Of a stretch of 64,000 nt of DNA, positions 12,915 to 23,399 are shown one piece after another. The DNA is taken from the NCBI GenBank assembly GCA_008632985.1, contig QPGO01000002.1, forward strand, positions 124,001-188,000. Direction: 5' to 3'. The DNA is from Psammoneis japonica. Lineage: Eukaryota. The stretch's first letter is position 1; the number at the start of each line of letters is the position of its first letter. The notes below the pieces were generated by a model. That model did not search any database and had not been told where the DNA came from. It saw nothing but the letters and a program-made list of their open reading frames with translations. The translations under genes were made by a program, and so were the position numbers.

Positions 12915-13645
12915 TATCATCTCGAAAGGCACTGCATTGTCTCGAGTGGTGTGTCTCGTGGCGAGTGGCATGTTGAATGTGGCATCGTCTCGTCTATCGT
13001 CTCGAGTGTTTTTGCATTGTCTTGATTGGGTTCGTCGCGTCTTGAGCGGTGTCATCTAGTCTCGATCAGTATCATCTCGAGTAGTATCGTCTTGAGTAGT
13101 ATCATTTAAATGTTGTCTAGAGTGGAAATTGCATTGTCTCGAGTAGTAAACACCTAGTCTCGAGTGGTGTCGTCTCGAGTAGTGGTAAATTTCGTCTCGA
13201 GTGGCACTGCGTTGTCTCGAGTAGTGAATATCTTATCTCGAGTGGTATCGTCTCGAGTAGTAAATATCTCTGCTCTCGTCTCAAATGGTAGCGTATAATC
13301 TCGAGTGGCATCATCTCGAGTAGCAAATATCGTCTTGAGTGGTACTGTGTTGTCTCGAGTAGTAAATAGAAGTACAGTATCTAATCTCAAGTGGTGTCGT
13401 CTCGAGTAGAAAATTTCTAGTCTCAAGTGGTATCGTATCATCTCGAGTGGCATCGCACCATCTCGAGTAGTAAACATGTATCTCGAGCAGCACTTGTGTT
13501 GTCTCGAGTAGTAAATGCAGTGTCTAATCTCGAGTGGCCTTGTCTGAAGACGTAAATTTCTACTAGTCTCAAGTGGTGTCATCTAGTCTCGAGTGGTCTC
13601 GAGTGGCATCATGTCGAGCAGTAAATATCTAGAGTCTCGAGTAGC
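12915..13645. repeat. Degenerate tandem array built on TCTCGAGTAGTA (XhoI-site core), irregular ~10-40-bp spacing
   Basis: Roughly 30 copies of TCTCGAG/TCTCAAG/TCTTGAG followed by TAGTA, TGGTA, TGGTG, TGGCA, TAGCA or CAGCA. Confidence 0.9.
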
Positions 13646-14399
13646 ATGTAGAGTAGCAGTTTTGCTACAAGATGAATCCCCGATGCAATCTTCTTATAGT
13701 TACTCTAAAGTATGCCAGAGAACGATGGATCAAGAGTGCGGCTTGTCTTTCGCTGCTGCAGAATCAAACTCTAACAACAAATCAAACCATTCTTTCAATC
13801 TGAACGCCCGCCGGAGTTTCGAGATGACCAAGAACTTGTTTTGTCTTTTCCAGTCAAAAAGAGGTTAATCATCGCCTTCAACTTGAAGAACGAATTCCGA
13901 ACAACCTTCGCCTTTGTGAGTGTGAAAGCACCGCCGGGAAGCTCGTCGAAACCGGAGTAACCATCGGTTTCAATGTGCGCAGTGATGAAAGGCACTATTT
14001 CCTGGGTTGATGATGCAGTTGTGTCAAACTAATGACTCGGCTTCACAGTTTCGAACTTGAATTCGGAGATTTTATGCTTTGGTTCTTTGGAAGACCCCTT
14101 TTTGCTTGGAACAAACACGGTTTTGTCGAAGTGAATGATGAGTTTCGCAGGTTGCGACCCCTCGGTTTCTCGTGGGCTTTCTGAGCCCTCTTCTGAATCA
14201 TACGAGTCCAAATTGATGACAGAACGTTTTATACTTCGTTTTGATGCACGACTATCGTGTTCGGGTTGCCTGGTTGCGGGCCGCTAGGCGGCGGAGCGGC
14301 GGAGGTCCTCATGGTTGATATCGATGTGTTTTGATGGTTGCATCAAAATTTAGTACTAATTTTGTGTAGGACTCTACGTGCCTACCGTATTGAAGAGAA

Positions 14400-14990
14400 C
14401 CTGAAAATTTTTTTTTTTCGAAGAAAAAATTTTTCGAAGAAAAAAAAGAAATTCTCACCATCGCCGCGCCAAATTTTCATTTTTTTCAAGATTTTTCTGA
14501 GATTTTTCAAAAAAAGAGGTTAATAACGTATCTATTCATTCTAAATTGTACTAACAAGTTTAACGTCATTAACGTCAAAAGTATGAATTATGATCTATAT
14601 TAATTAATAAAAAGTTATAGAAAGAAAAAAATATTCCGAATTCCAACGTTGGAATGCTCTGTAGAGACTTGGTAACTTTTCTACGGAGTACGAATTCCAA
14701 CGTTGGAATTCGGATTATGTAGAATTATTACTAACGTTCTACAGAGCATTCCAACGTTGGAATTCGGAATATTTTTTTCTTTCTATAACGTTTTATTACT
14801 TGTTTGTGAACAACATATACAGTTTTGACGTTATTGACGTTAAATATGTCTGTATAGTTATTAATGAAGGTATATGGAATTAACTGCTACAAAAACAGAA
14901 ATACGAGAAAAACTACTGTTTTTCCATATAATTTTCAATTTTTCATCACTCAGAAAATTTTTTTCTGTCGACGAGCAAAATTTTCAGATT
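14400..14990. repeat. AT-rich foldback (nested inverted repeat), MITE-like
   Basis: Perfect 51-bp inverted repeat 14615-14665/14738-14788 around the central palindrome CGAATTCCAACGTTGGAATTCG (14691-14712). Outer imperfect arms TTTAACGTCATTAACGTCAAAA (14559-14580)/TTTTGACGTTATTGACGTTAAA (14823-14844), and CTGAAAATTTT (14401)/AAAATTTTCAG (~14977). Confidence 0.85.
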
Positions 14991-15093
14991 TTTGACAAGT
15001 TTTTGAGATTTAGAATGTATGACACGTCCAGTTTTTCTTCTCTCTCATTCACCGCATGTGTTTTCTCCTTTGATCACAAACAACAACACAACC

Positions 15094-15924
15094 ATGGCCT
15101 TTCCACCATCAATGCGGTTCATATGTCGATCAGTGTCGTTCACATTCACCCTTTCTTTAGTTCTGCCATCACTATTTATCTACGCCTCCTCATCTAATCC
15201 CTCTGCTCCGTCATCTGAGATTCGCATGGGCACGACCATCGTGGCTTGTCGCTTTGATGGTGGTGTTGTGGTGGGAGCCGATACGCGCACGTCGGTTTCG
15301 GGCTATGTTAGCAATCGTTATGCGCACAAACTATCACCGCTGTGGGATAAATGCATGGTTTGTCGTTCCGGGAGTGCGGCGGATACGCAACATGTAGTGG
15401 ATCAAGCACGATGGACCTTCTGGAAAAAGCGGTTCCACAAAACAGTATCGCAAGCTGCTCATTGGTTGAGATATACAGTCAAGAAGGAGAAATTGGAGAG
15501 TGTATCATTGATTTGTACCGGGTATGATGATGACTTACAACGAGGAATTATTTATAGCATTTCGCCCAGTGGTAGCTTGGTGGAGGAACCATGCTTTACT
15601 GCGAGTGGATCCGGTTCGAGTTATATTTTGGGGCATTTGGTAAATGGCCATGATTTGAAAATGAAGCAAGACGAGGCTGTCAAATTTGTCAAGGATAGTA
15701 TTCAATTAGCCATGGAGCAGGATGGCAGTTCTGGAGGATTTGTGAGGATTGTAGTTATCACCAAGGACGGACAACGTGTCATTACGGTGCATCCCTCTCA
15801 TGTACGAGAAAACAAAAAGAACAATGACGATCAGTCGTTTCTACATTTACCAGGCTTTGCGCCACCAACACTTGTGAAACAAGGACCGACAAGGACGAAG
15901 AGGAAGATGACGAGTAAAACGTAA
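15094..15924 (+). CDS. PSMB6: 20S proteasome beta1-type subunit (PSMB6/Pre3 family) with hydrophobic N-terminal leader
   Basis: MG|TTIVACRFDGGVVVGADTRTS, CRSGSAADTQ, SGSGSSYI and DGSSGGFVR are Ntn-hydrolase beta1 motifs. Intronless ORF. The start at 15094 (ACCATGG) is preferred over 15019. Confidence 0.9.
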   Translation: MAFPPSMRFICRSVSFTFTLSLVLPSLFIYASSSNPSAPSSEIRMGTTIVACRFDGGVVVGADTRTSVSGYVSNRYAHKLSPLWDKCMVCRSGSAADTQHVVDQARWTFWKKRFHKTVSQAAHWLRYTVKKEKLESVSLICTGYDDDLQRGIIYSISPSGSLVEEPCFTASGSGSSYILGHLVNGHDLKMKQDEAVKFVKDSIQLAMEQDGSSGGFVRIVVITKDGQRVITVHPSHVRENKKNNDDQSFLHLPGFAPPTLVKQGPTRTKRKMTSKT

Positions 15925-16350
15925 ACTCGACTCTAGCATGCTAGAGAATAATAACGTCTCTTAACTCTTCAGTAGAGAGCAGCAATATATTGTCACACAA
16001 ATAAATAATGTCAATGACTAGTAGGTACTTCTACATATTCATCGTGTTTCGAGAAGGACGAATAGCTGTATCAATCTTGACTACTACCAGTACACAAGCA
16101 AAAAATAGTCTCGTCCATACAGGTTGAGGCTATAAGTAAGCCGTAAAACTCGACTAGTCATGCTCGAGAATAATAACATCTCTTATATCTCTTCAGCGGA
16201 GAGCATCTCTTCAGCAGAGAGCAGCAATATAGTCACGCAAATGAAAAATGACTACTTGGTATTTCTTCATGTTCATCGAGTTCCCAAAATATGTCGGGTA
16301 TTATTGCGAGAAGGAGTCTCTACGACTCATACAGGTTAAGGCCTGGAAAA
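15921..16350. repeat. Diverged ~220-bp tandem duplication of the intergenic 3' region
   Basis: GTAAA(A)CTCGACT...GAGAATAATAAC...GAGAGCAGCAATATA...CGAGAAGGA...CATACAGGTT(G/A)AGGC occurs from 15921 and again from 16143. Confidence 0.75.
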
Positions 16351-16610
16351 TAAGGCAATGTTTTTGGAAGTTAAACGTACGCAAGTACAGCAAGTGGTAC
16401 GATTCTAAGATTATCGCTAGTACACACCAGAGTGGTCTTGTGTCTCGTATCCTTATACATGTAGTAGCTTGCGACAACTAATTCAATCTCGACTACTTTT
16501 AGGATACTCGAGAACAATCCCGTGAAACGAAATTAGAATACAAATAGTCTTTGTAGTGAGATCCAATATGACAAACACTATTAGGAGACTATAATTGATG
16601 ATCCAAAGTT

Positions 16611-17696
16611 TTACTCTGCCTTGAGCGCCGCAGCTTCGTCCCACAAATTCTGAAACAGAGCCGTACTGAGATAGCGTTCTCCAAAACTAGGAATCACCAC
16701 AACCACACGCTTCCCCTTGTTTTCAGGACGCTTTGCAACATTAATGGCTGCCGTTACAGCAGCTCCACTGGAAATTCCACAAAAGAGTCCCTCCTCGGTG
16801 GCCAGCGTCCTAGCCATGGCCATGGCGTCTTCACCCGACACTTGAATGACTTCATCCAAAAGGGAAGTATCAGCATTGCCTGGAATGAATCCAGCACCAA
16901 TACCTTGGATCTTGTGTGGGCCGGGCTTGCCACCACTGAGAACAGCCGACTCGGATGGCTCGACCGCTACAATTTGAAGAGCCGGATTGAGTGGCTTCAA
17001 GTACTGTCCACAACCCGTAAGAGTTCCTCCTGTGCCGACTCCACCCACTAAAATATCAACCTCACCATCCGTATCCTCCCAAATTTCAGGACCCGTCGTC
17101 TCCCGGTGGATCTTTGGGTTATCGGGATTGTTAAATTGCTGAAGCAAAAAGCCATCATCTCCGAGGCTACTGACAATTTCTTCGGCCTTGCCAATCGCAC
17201 CGCCCATACCTTTGGGTGCCGGAGTCAAAATGACCTCAGCACCAAACGCCTTGAGCAAGACACGTCGTTCCATGGACATGCTTTCTGGCATGGTGAGGAT
17301 CAGTTTGTATCCCTTAGACGCTGCCACCATGGCGAGACCGATACCCGTATTACCCGACGTGGGCTCCACCAGAGTCGTTTTGCCAGGTTCAATGTCACCG
17401 CGCTTTTCGGCTTCCGTAATCATGGAATAGGCAATACGGTCCTTGACGGAATTGGCGGGATTCGAGGACTCGAGCTTGGCGACAATTTCAGCGACGCAAC
17501 CGTCTGTGACCTTGTTGAGCTTCACGAGTGGAGTGTTGCCAATCAGATCCAACATGGAGTCGGCAATCTTGGACTGGGCGTGTAGTGCACCATGACGAGT
17601 CTTCTTGGCGGATGATGACAGAGAAGGAACAGGCGTAAAGGCACACGACAAGGCCACGCGAGAAGCAGCGACAGCGGCTAAGCAAAGGAACTTCAT
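16611..17696 (-). CDS. cysK: Cysteine synthase A (O-acetylserine thiol-lyase), plastid-targeted
   Basis: SVKDRIA (PLP lysine), [38 protein letters not shown]-terminus [22 protein letters not shown] is a signal peptide plus ASAFAP-type motif. Confidence 0.96.
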   Translation of the reverse strand: MKFLCLAAVAASRVALSCAFTPVPSLSSSAKKTRHGALHAQSKIADSMLDLIGNTPLVKLNKVTDGCVAEIVAKLESSNPANSVKDRIAYSMITEAEKRGDIEPGKTTLVEPTSGNTGIGLAMVAASKGYKLILTMPESMSMERRVLLKAFGAEVILTPAPKGMGGAIGKAEEIVSSLGDDGFLLQQFNNPDNPKIHRETTGPEIWEDTDGEVDILVGGVGTGGTLTGCGQYLKPLNPALQIVAVEPSESAVLSGGKPGPHKIQGIGAGFIPGNADTSLLDEVIQVSGEDAMAMARTLATEEGLFCGISSGAAVTAAINVAKRPENKGKRVVVVIPSFGERYLSTALFQNLWDEAAALKAE

Positions 17697-18249
17697 CGTC
17701 TTACTTCCGGCAAAATGTGTGTGTGCGGTGAAGGGGTGAAGATTGAAGATCTTTCGCACATGGTCGCGCCCCGGCTTGGGAGGGCGGATACCAGTAGCTT
17801 CAGGCTCGCATCATTTGACAGTGTGGAGTTCGCGCAGTGTCGCACCGGTAATAAGAGTACGTAGACATGAACACATAGGAACTTGAGCCTATGATGAACA
17901 AGCCATGTGCAGGGGTTCTGAGTCCTGTTGTACAGTTTGGAAGAGCTAACAATGGAACAAACAATCTCTCTAATGTGCTGTCTATCGCACTCTAGATTGC
18001 CAGTAGAGAGAGATAGAGAGAGAGAGAGAGAGAGCATTCTTCCAGGCAAATGCACACGCGTGGACATGTTTTGGTGCACTTGGGATGATGGAGAGTCCTC
18101 AAAATCCACACAAGAAGGGGAGACAACAAATGTGAGCTTGCGCAAATGGCACTGCCATCAAACGAACCAGAAAAACCGAGTTCCACAATTCAGAAAGCCA
18201 CCTCTCTGGTGGGAGCAAATCGACATGGTCGACATTTCCCGTTTTCATT

Positions 18250-21150
18250 TCTTCGGACCATTCCCCCTGTTCACAGACTCAACTGTTCAACAGAAAAATG
18301 GACGCTGCAGACACGCCCACCTGCTCCTTGTCTTCCAACTGATGAAAACGTCATCCATCGAAAGGGCTTTGCGAGAGAGCAGGTCTTTGTCAGGGTTGCA
18401 TTGACCATGCCATGCCCAGCTCATCTTGCGTTTGCAGCAACTGGGCTGATTAAAGGCATGCGAAGCACAGACAGCATCATCCACAATGGCTCCTGGTTGC
18501 AGGCGGTTGGTCAAAACAATGTTTGGGCAGGCCCTGCATGGCGCTGACACCCAAAAGGCAAACATGTCACATGGCTTTTCCAACACCTGATTGGGTCGAT
18601 CGTGAAGCATGTCGAGCTGCTCGACATTCTGACAACGAATCTGATGGAAAGAAGAAAAGAGAACACCGCAAGCACAATGCTGAAACTGCAGAGCATTGCT
18701 TGACAACAAGAACTTGCCCAATCACAGTTGCAAATCTTGGTCTGATCCTCAATTCTGCACTTTGATCTCCCTCTTCTCCAATGGCACACACTCTTCGGTG
18801 TGGGCTGCACTGTCTTCTCTTGTTGGTGTGTTGCAGAAGGCAGGTTGGTGTCAGTGTCATCACTTCCGGGAGCTTTGGGGTTGGAGTCGGGGGTGGGATT
18901 TTTGTGACTGGATGCACACCTGTGATTTCAACTTCAGCAAAAGCTGGGGCTTCTTGATGACGTGTCAACATTGGCGACCTTTGTGTTCAGAGTGTGTTGC
19001 GTGCCGCCAAAGTTTGGGATGGAGTGTTCTTGTCTGTTGTTCAACTTTGCAACTGGCGTCAAGGTGGCGCACCCCATTCCCAGTGCACGAGATGTCAGAA
19101 GAACTTGAATGGCTCCTTCTTGCTTTTTGCACCAGCATTGAAGCCAGTCTTGCAGTTGAAACAATTGCTTCATCCTGGGACACACCATGGTCAATGGCGC
19201 CAACTGCCCAGCCGCTCCAAGATTCATCAAGAGCATTGAAATTGTCACATGCCAGACACCACACCAACCCAATTGGCAGGCCTTGGCTCTGTTGAAGCAC
19301 AATTTTGTGCCACTCTCACCACGGGAGCATCACATGGTGCCGCTGAAGAAAAATGACGTGCAAGCACACAGCGTGAGTCCTTTTGCTTTCAACTTGACCC
19401 AGCAACTTCTGTTCAATCTCACCTTTGATCATCACAGTCCTGTGACTCTCTGGAGTGAGCAAGATTGATGTTGTGTCCTGAAAAGAGAAGAAGCAGGGTT
19501 GTTGGCCACATGCAGCAATGGTGGATTCTTCTGCTGTCAATGCGACAAGCCTCAATCACTCGCCAATTTCATGCATTTGAGCAGAGACGAATTTGCAGCA
19601 TTCATTGTTGAAAACCCAAAGTCCACCAGGCCACTCATTTTCCCACCACAGACACAGCATGACATGGTCACAGTCATCAAACAGGCTCCCAAGAGCTGCA
19701 TCGGCTGCATTTTGAATGACCGCCCTCGCAATGCCAAGCTGGCCATGAGAGCATGCACTGCACTGGGAGGTGAGATTGACTTGGTCGCTGATGAGGTTGC
19801 CAAAGACTGCATCGTGATTGGTTTTGGCATTGATGGCAGTTGAAGAATCAGCTTCATCATCTCTGACAGCCAATGTGCTCTTTGGACAGGCAGTTGCCGC
19901 TGGGTTGTGTCGGCTGCAATCCATCGATTGAAGGACTGGGTTGGCACCAACAGGACACTTGATTGATTCGGTCATCTTTGGTGGACACTCCACCCTCTCC
20001 TGCCTCTTCAAAGAATCTCTGCTCAACGCATTTGACAAGATGAGCAAATTCAATGTTCCAAGCCATGGAGACAGACACTGGGTGAGGTGAAACAAAAGCA
20101 TCATCTCCTCCAAGATTAGAAAACGCACAGCAACATGAATTTAATCTTCGTCTTTGGCGCTGCATTCTTCGTTCGTTTCCTCGACATTGTGGTCCAAAGT
20201 GCTCTCAAGGTGATGGTTCTTGATCGTGTCTTCACCACCACTTGTTGTGTTCCAGCTGCAATCACTCCCACAGCCTGCCCGATTGTTGCTTCTAGCATCC
20301 CAAGCGATTCCCATCCGAAATCTTTGTGATTGTCGTCGCTGTGACTGACGCAGATCCAACGCCACACAGTGCCCCGATCAGGTGGCTGCATTCCACCTGG
20401 ACTTTTGGCAGAGGAAAGAGGCATGTTTGTTGTTTTCTGCCAGAGTGAAGATGCGGGGTCAAACTGCACCTGGTTCCATCTCGAAAGATGTCTGCCCGAC
20501 AGCATCAATCATGACATTTCCTCCGATCTCAGTGTCTTTTTGCCCAACAAAGTTGAGCAACTGGCAACATGCGTGGTCAAATCATGAGACCCTGTTGTTG
20601 GGTCAACGAAAATGGGACGCGTGGCACCCACAAAGCTTTGCATTGACAGCATGCTTTAATGGGAGATGCCGTCAAAGCAAGTTCGCCGCAGCAGCACAAG
20701 CAGCTGACCCATGGCGATTGTGAAATCACACAGAAAGATCCACAGATGTCAAGACGTCAACATTCATTCAACTGGAAGCTGATCTCCACATGATCAGGAT
20801 GGCTCTGGAGCTCTTGCATGCTCGAAACCAATGTGCCAAGCACACGAGTTGCTGGCATCCTGGCTGGACAGAGAGCATGCTGGAAGCATGGAACTTGTTC
20901 AACGAGCCACATGCAGGATGCAGGCTGTCTGAGAAGATCCAGACACAGTCATCTCTGATGATCTTCTGGCAATGGCAAAGCAAGGGTGTCAGGTGGTTTA
21001 GCCAAGAGAGAGATTCCGGACGTAGCAGCAAAGTGATGCCGCCATGTGGTGGGTGGTGAGTGTGATGTCTGATGTGGCTGGACGCTGGCCGATGCAAAAC
21101 AGCGATCACAATGGGAATCTTTTGAAAATGACCCGTGACGTGTGACCCAC
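18250..21150 (+). mobile_element. Heavily mutated non-LTR retrotransposon (post-RT/RNase H/C-terminal region)
   Basis: Fragmentary similarity to LINE ORF2 (LAFAATGL...NNVWAGP; LELLHARNQCAKH, cf. WxxWxxRNxxxH). Nearly TpA-free with many TGA stops. Family assignment tentative. Confidence 0.45.
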
Positions 21151-21559
21151 AAATTGACCATGGACGCCTGTAGAATCTACACGTTTTTGCACTGAAACTG
21201 TTGTGTTCACACAATTTGTGCAAAAACAGACTTGACTGTTGTCGGGTCAGGCGCATTTTTGCAAATGTGTTGAAGAAAAATACGCCTGATCAGAAAACAG
21301 TCAAATCCATTTTCGCAAAGTTAAAATTCACTAAGGACAGACAGACAGACTTGTCATGGCATTGTCCTGCACAATTTCTACGCAATGACTCTACAGCGCG
21401 AAAGATTGCTGTTGCTCTGACAGAAAACGTGTCTTTCCGCACAGCCCCATAAAAAATGTGAATGACTGTCATGTGCGTGTCAACGGAAAGCACGACATGG
21501 ATTTGTTGCCTCACACAGAGACTTTTGGCGAAGTCGTCAGGAGCAAACGAGCAAACGAA

Positions 21560-22660
21560 AAAGCTCTGTGGCCATGGCGCTGAAGATTGTAGCGGCATTC
21601 CAAGTTTGGATTCGAGATGATTACTTTGATTTAACCCAGTGCCGTTTAAATTGTGTCAAAACCAACTTCGCACTTGACGGACACGATTGCCTTCACGCGA
21701 AAATCCGAAAGACGCAAGCACGCACTGTGCCGCGCACTTTCTTCGTCTCACAATCGCAGTTCTGGCAAGAAAGTGAAGCATCGCATCAACAACATCACCA
21801 TGTTGTCTTCTCTTGTCTTTGTGAACGTCGTGGTCAGCATCAGCCATCGTGACTTGATTGGAGTTGTGATTCATCGCAAGAGCGCGTGCGACTGGCTTCA
21901 TGCCGGTCTTTGGTTCGGATGTTGCACGATGCTTCAAGATCTCAACACAGTTGCCATCACGATGTTCTCGGCGGTTCTCTGCATGGCTTACGATGAGTTC
22001 ATGAAACTCATGGACACCTGGTTGCTCATCAAGTGGCAGAGCTTTCCGAGCGCCACTTTCACTCCCATCTGGAGCAAAGTCCATCTCTTCTTTGTCAAGC
22101 TCAAGTCATTCTCACTGAAGCACATGGAGCTTGCTGTCTTCGCATTGAAGGGAATCATCAAGTGTGTGGACTGGACGCGCGTTGCTTCTTTGTTCAAGCG
22201 TGCCGACAAGACAAGCGCCGCCGTCGTCTTGTTCAACGTCTGCCTGGCTTTCAAGAATTTCGATGTCAGTGTGGCCTCGTGGGATTTCTCTTCCGTCTCA
22301 TGTTGGGAGTGGCACTGGCCTTTCTCATTCACATGCACGTGACGGGATCGCATTTACCATCAACCGAGGACGATCTGTCTGGCCATCGCGACGACCATGT
22401 CAAGAAGCCTTGGAAGGAGCCAACGTCCAAATTCAAGAAGGGACAGTGCGTGTGTCATCGCCATTCAAACAAGACGTGGAGAGCAAAGATTTTAAGGGTC
22501 TGTTTTGACGATGACCTTGACCCGCACTACGACGTGAAATTGGGCGATGCACGCGAGAAGCAGACCACCGAGGACCACCTTTCTGACGAGCTCGGCTCAG
22601 GTCACTTTCAGGTTTTTATTGACATCTTTGACGACGATCCGGATTGCAACTTGTTGTGAG
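21560..22660 (+). pseudogene. Mutated ORF relic ending in a Tudor/SH3-like small domain
   Basis: FKKGQCVCHRHSNKTWRAKILRVCFDDDLDPHYDVKLGDAREKQT resembles the diatom (V)HFDD..PYY.(I/V).L.DGREKQT domain. Almost no Tyr; CpG retained. Confidence 0.5.
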
Positions 22661-23399
22661 GTGCTCAATGGGGGGAAGGGACATCGTCAGTGCAATCTTG
22701 TGACGATTTTTCCAACAAGATGTTCGACAGGGGAGGATCGCCGAGTGTCACATGTGGGTGCGGTGTGACGAGTTTGCATGTTGAATTCTTTGTTCAACTC
22801 GGGCTCTCTTTTTCTGAAAAAAAAAAGGCCTTTGCCATCGAGATCAGAGGGTGACCATCTTTGTACTTTTGAATGAGAGTTTGATTGATTGCATTGGGTC
22901 TTGAATTCAAGCTCGCATTGGATGCACATTCAATTCGAGCTGATTCCGAAACATGTCATTGTTTCCGAACAGAGCATGTGAACGAGAACAAGAGATTCAT
23001 GCGGCACTCAAACTCAAATTCGCACCAGCATGAAGGTGGTGCCTTCTTTTTCGAAAGTAGAGGGGCGGTTGCCAAATGGTCGAGAAAGGAAAGTTGAAGT
23101 CGAGGAAACTGTTCAACACGAGAAATTCTAGCTCCCTCTGCAGGAGACGCTTTGCCATTCTAATTCAGTTGGGCAATCTATTTTGGTTTCATTCAATCAA
23201 GTCTTGTACAATAAAAAGATTAAACAAACAAGAAAATTTAATCAACACTTCTCTGTCTTGTCGCAAACTAGATAAAAAGCACTGTTCGTCATTCGTGTCA
23301 CAGCTGGCACTCGCCATCGATCGATGCGCCACTGCCGGCGGACTGGCATGGCGCCCTTTGGACTAGCTGCGGACTTGTCTCTTGTTCAGTGCAGATTGA

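Noticed and set aside
12915..13645. CRISPR-like repeat/spacer array
   Set aside because: The core is only ~12 bp, spacing is irregular, the intervening sequences are related to each other, there are no cas genes and the context is eukaryotic.
13700..14312. Minus-strand protein-like fragments (MDSYDSEEG..., PFITAHIETDG...)
   Set aside because: Broken by stops and frameshifts, with no recognisable domain; cannot be called.
18005..18033. (GA)n microsatellite at a block edge, also (CT)n near 12840 and poly-C near 57580
   Set aside because: Ordinary simple repeats; the other block edges lack them.
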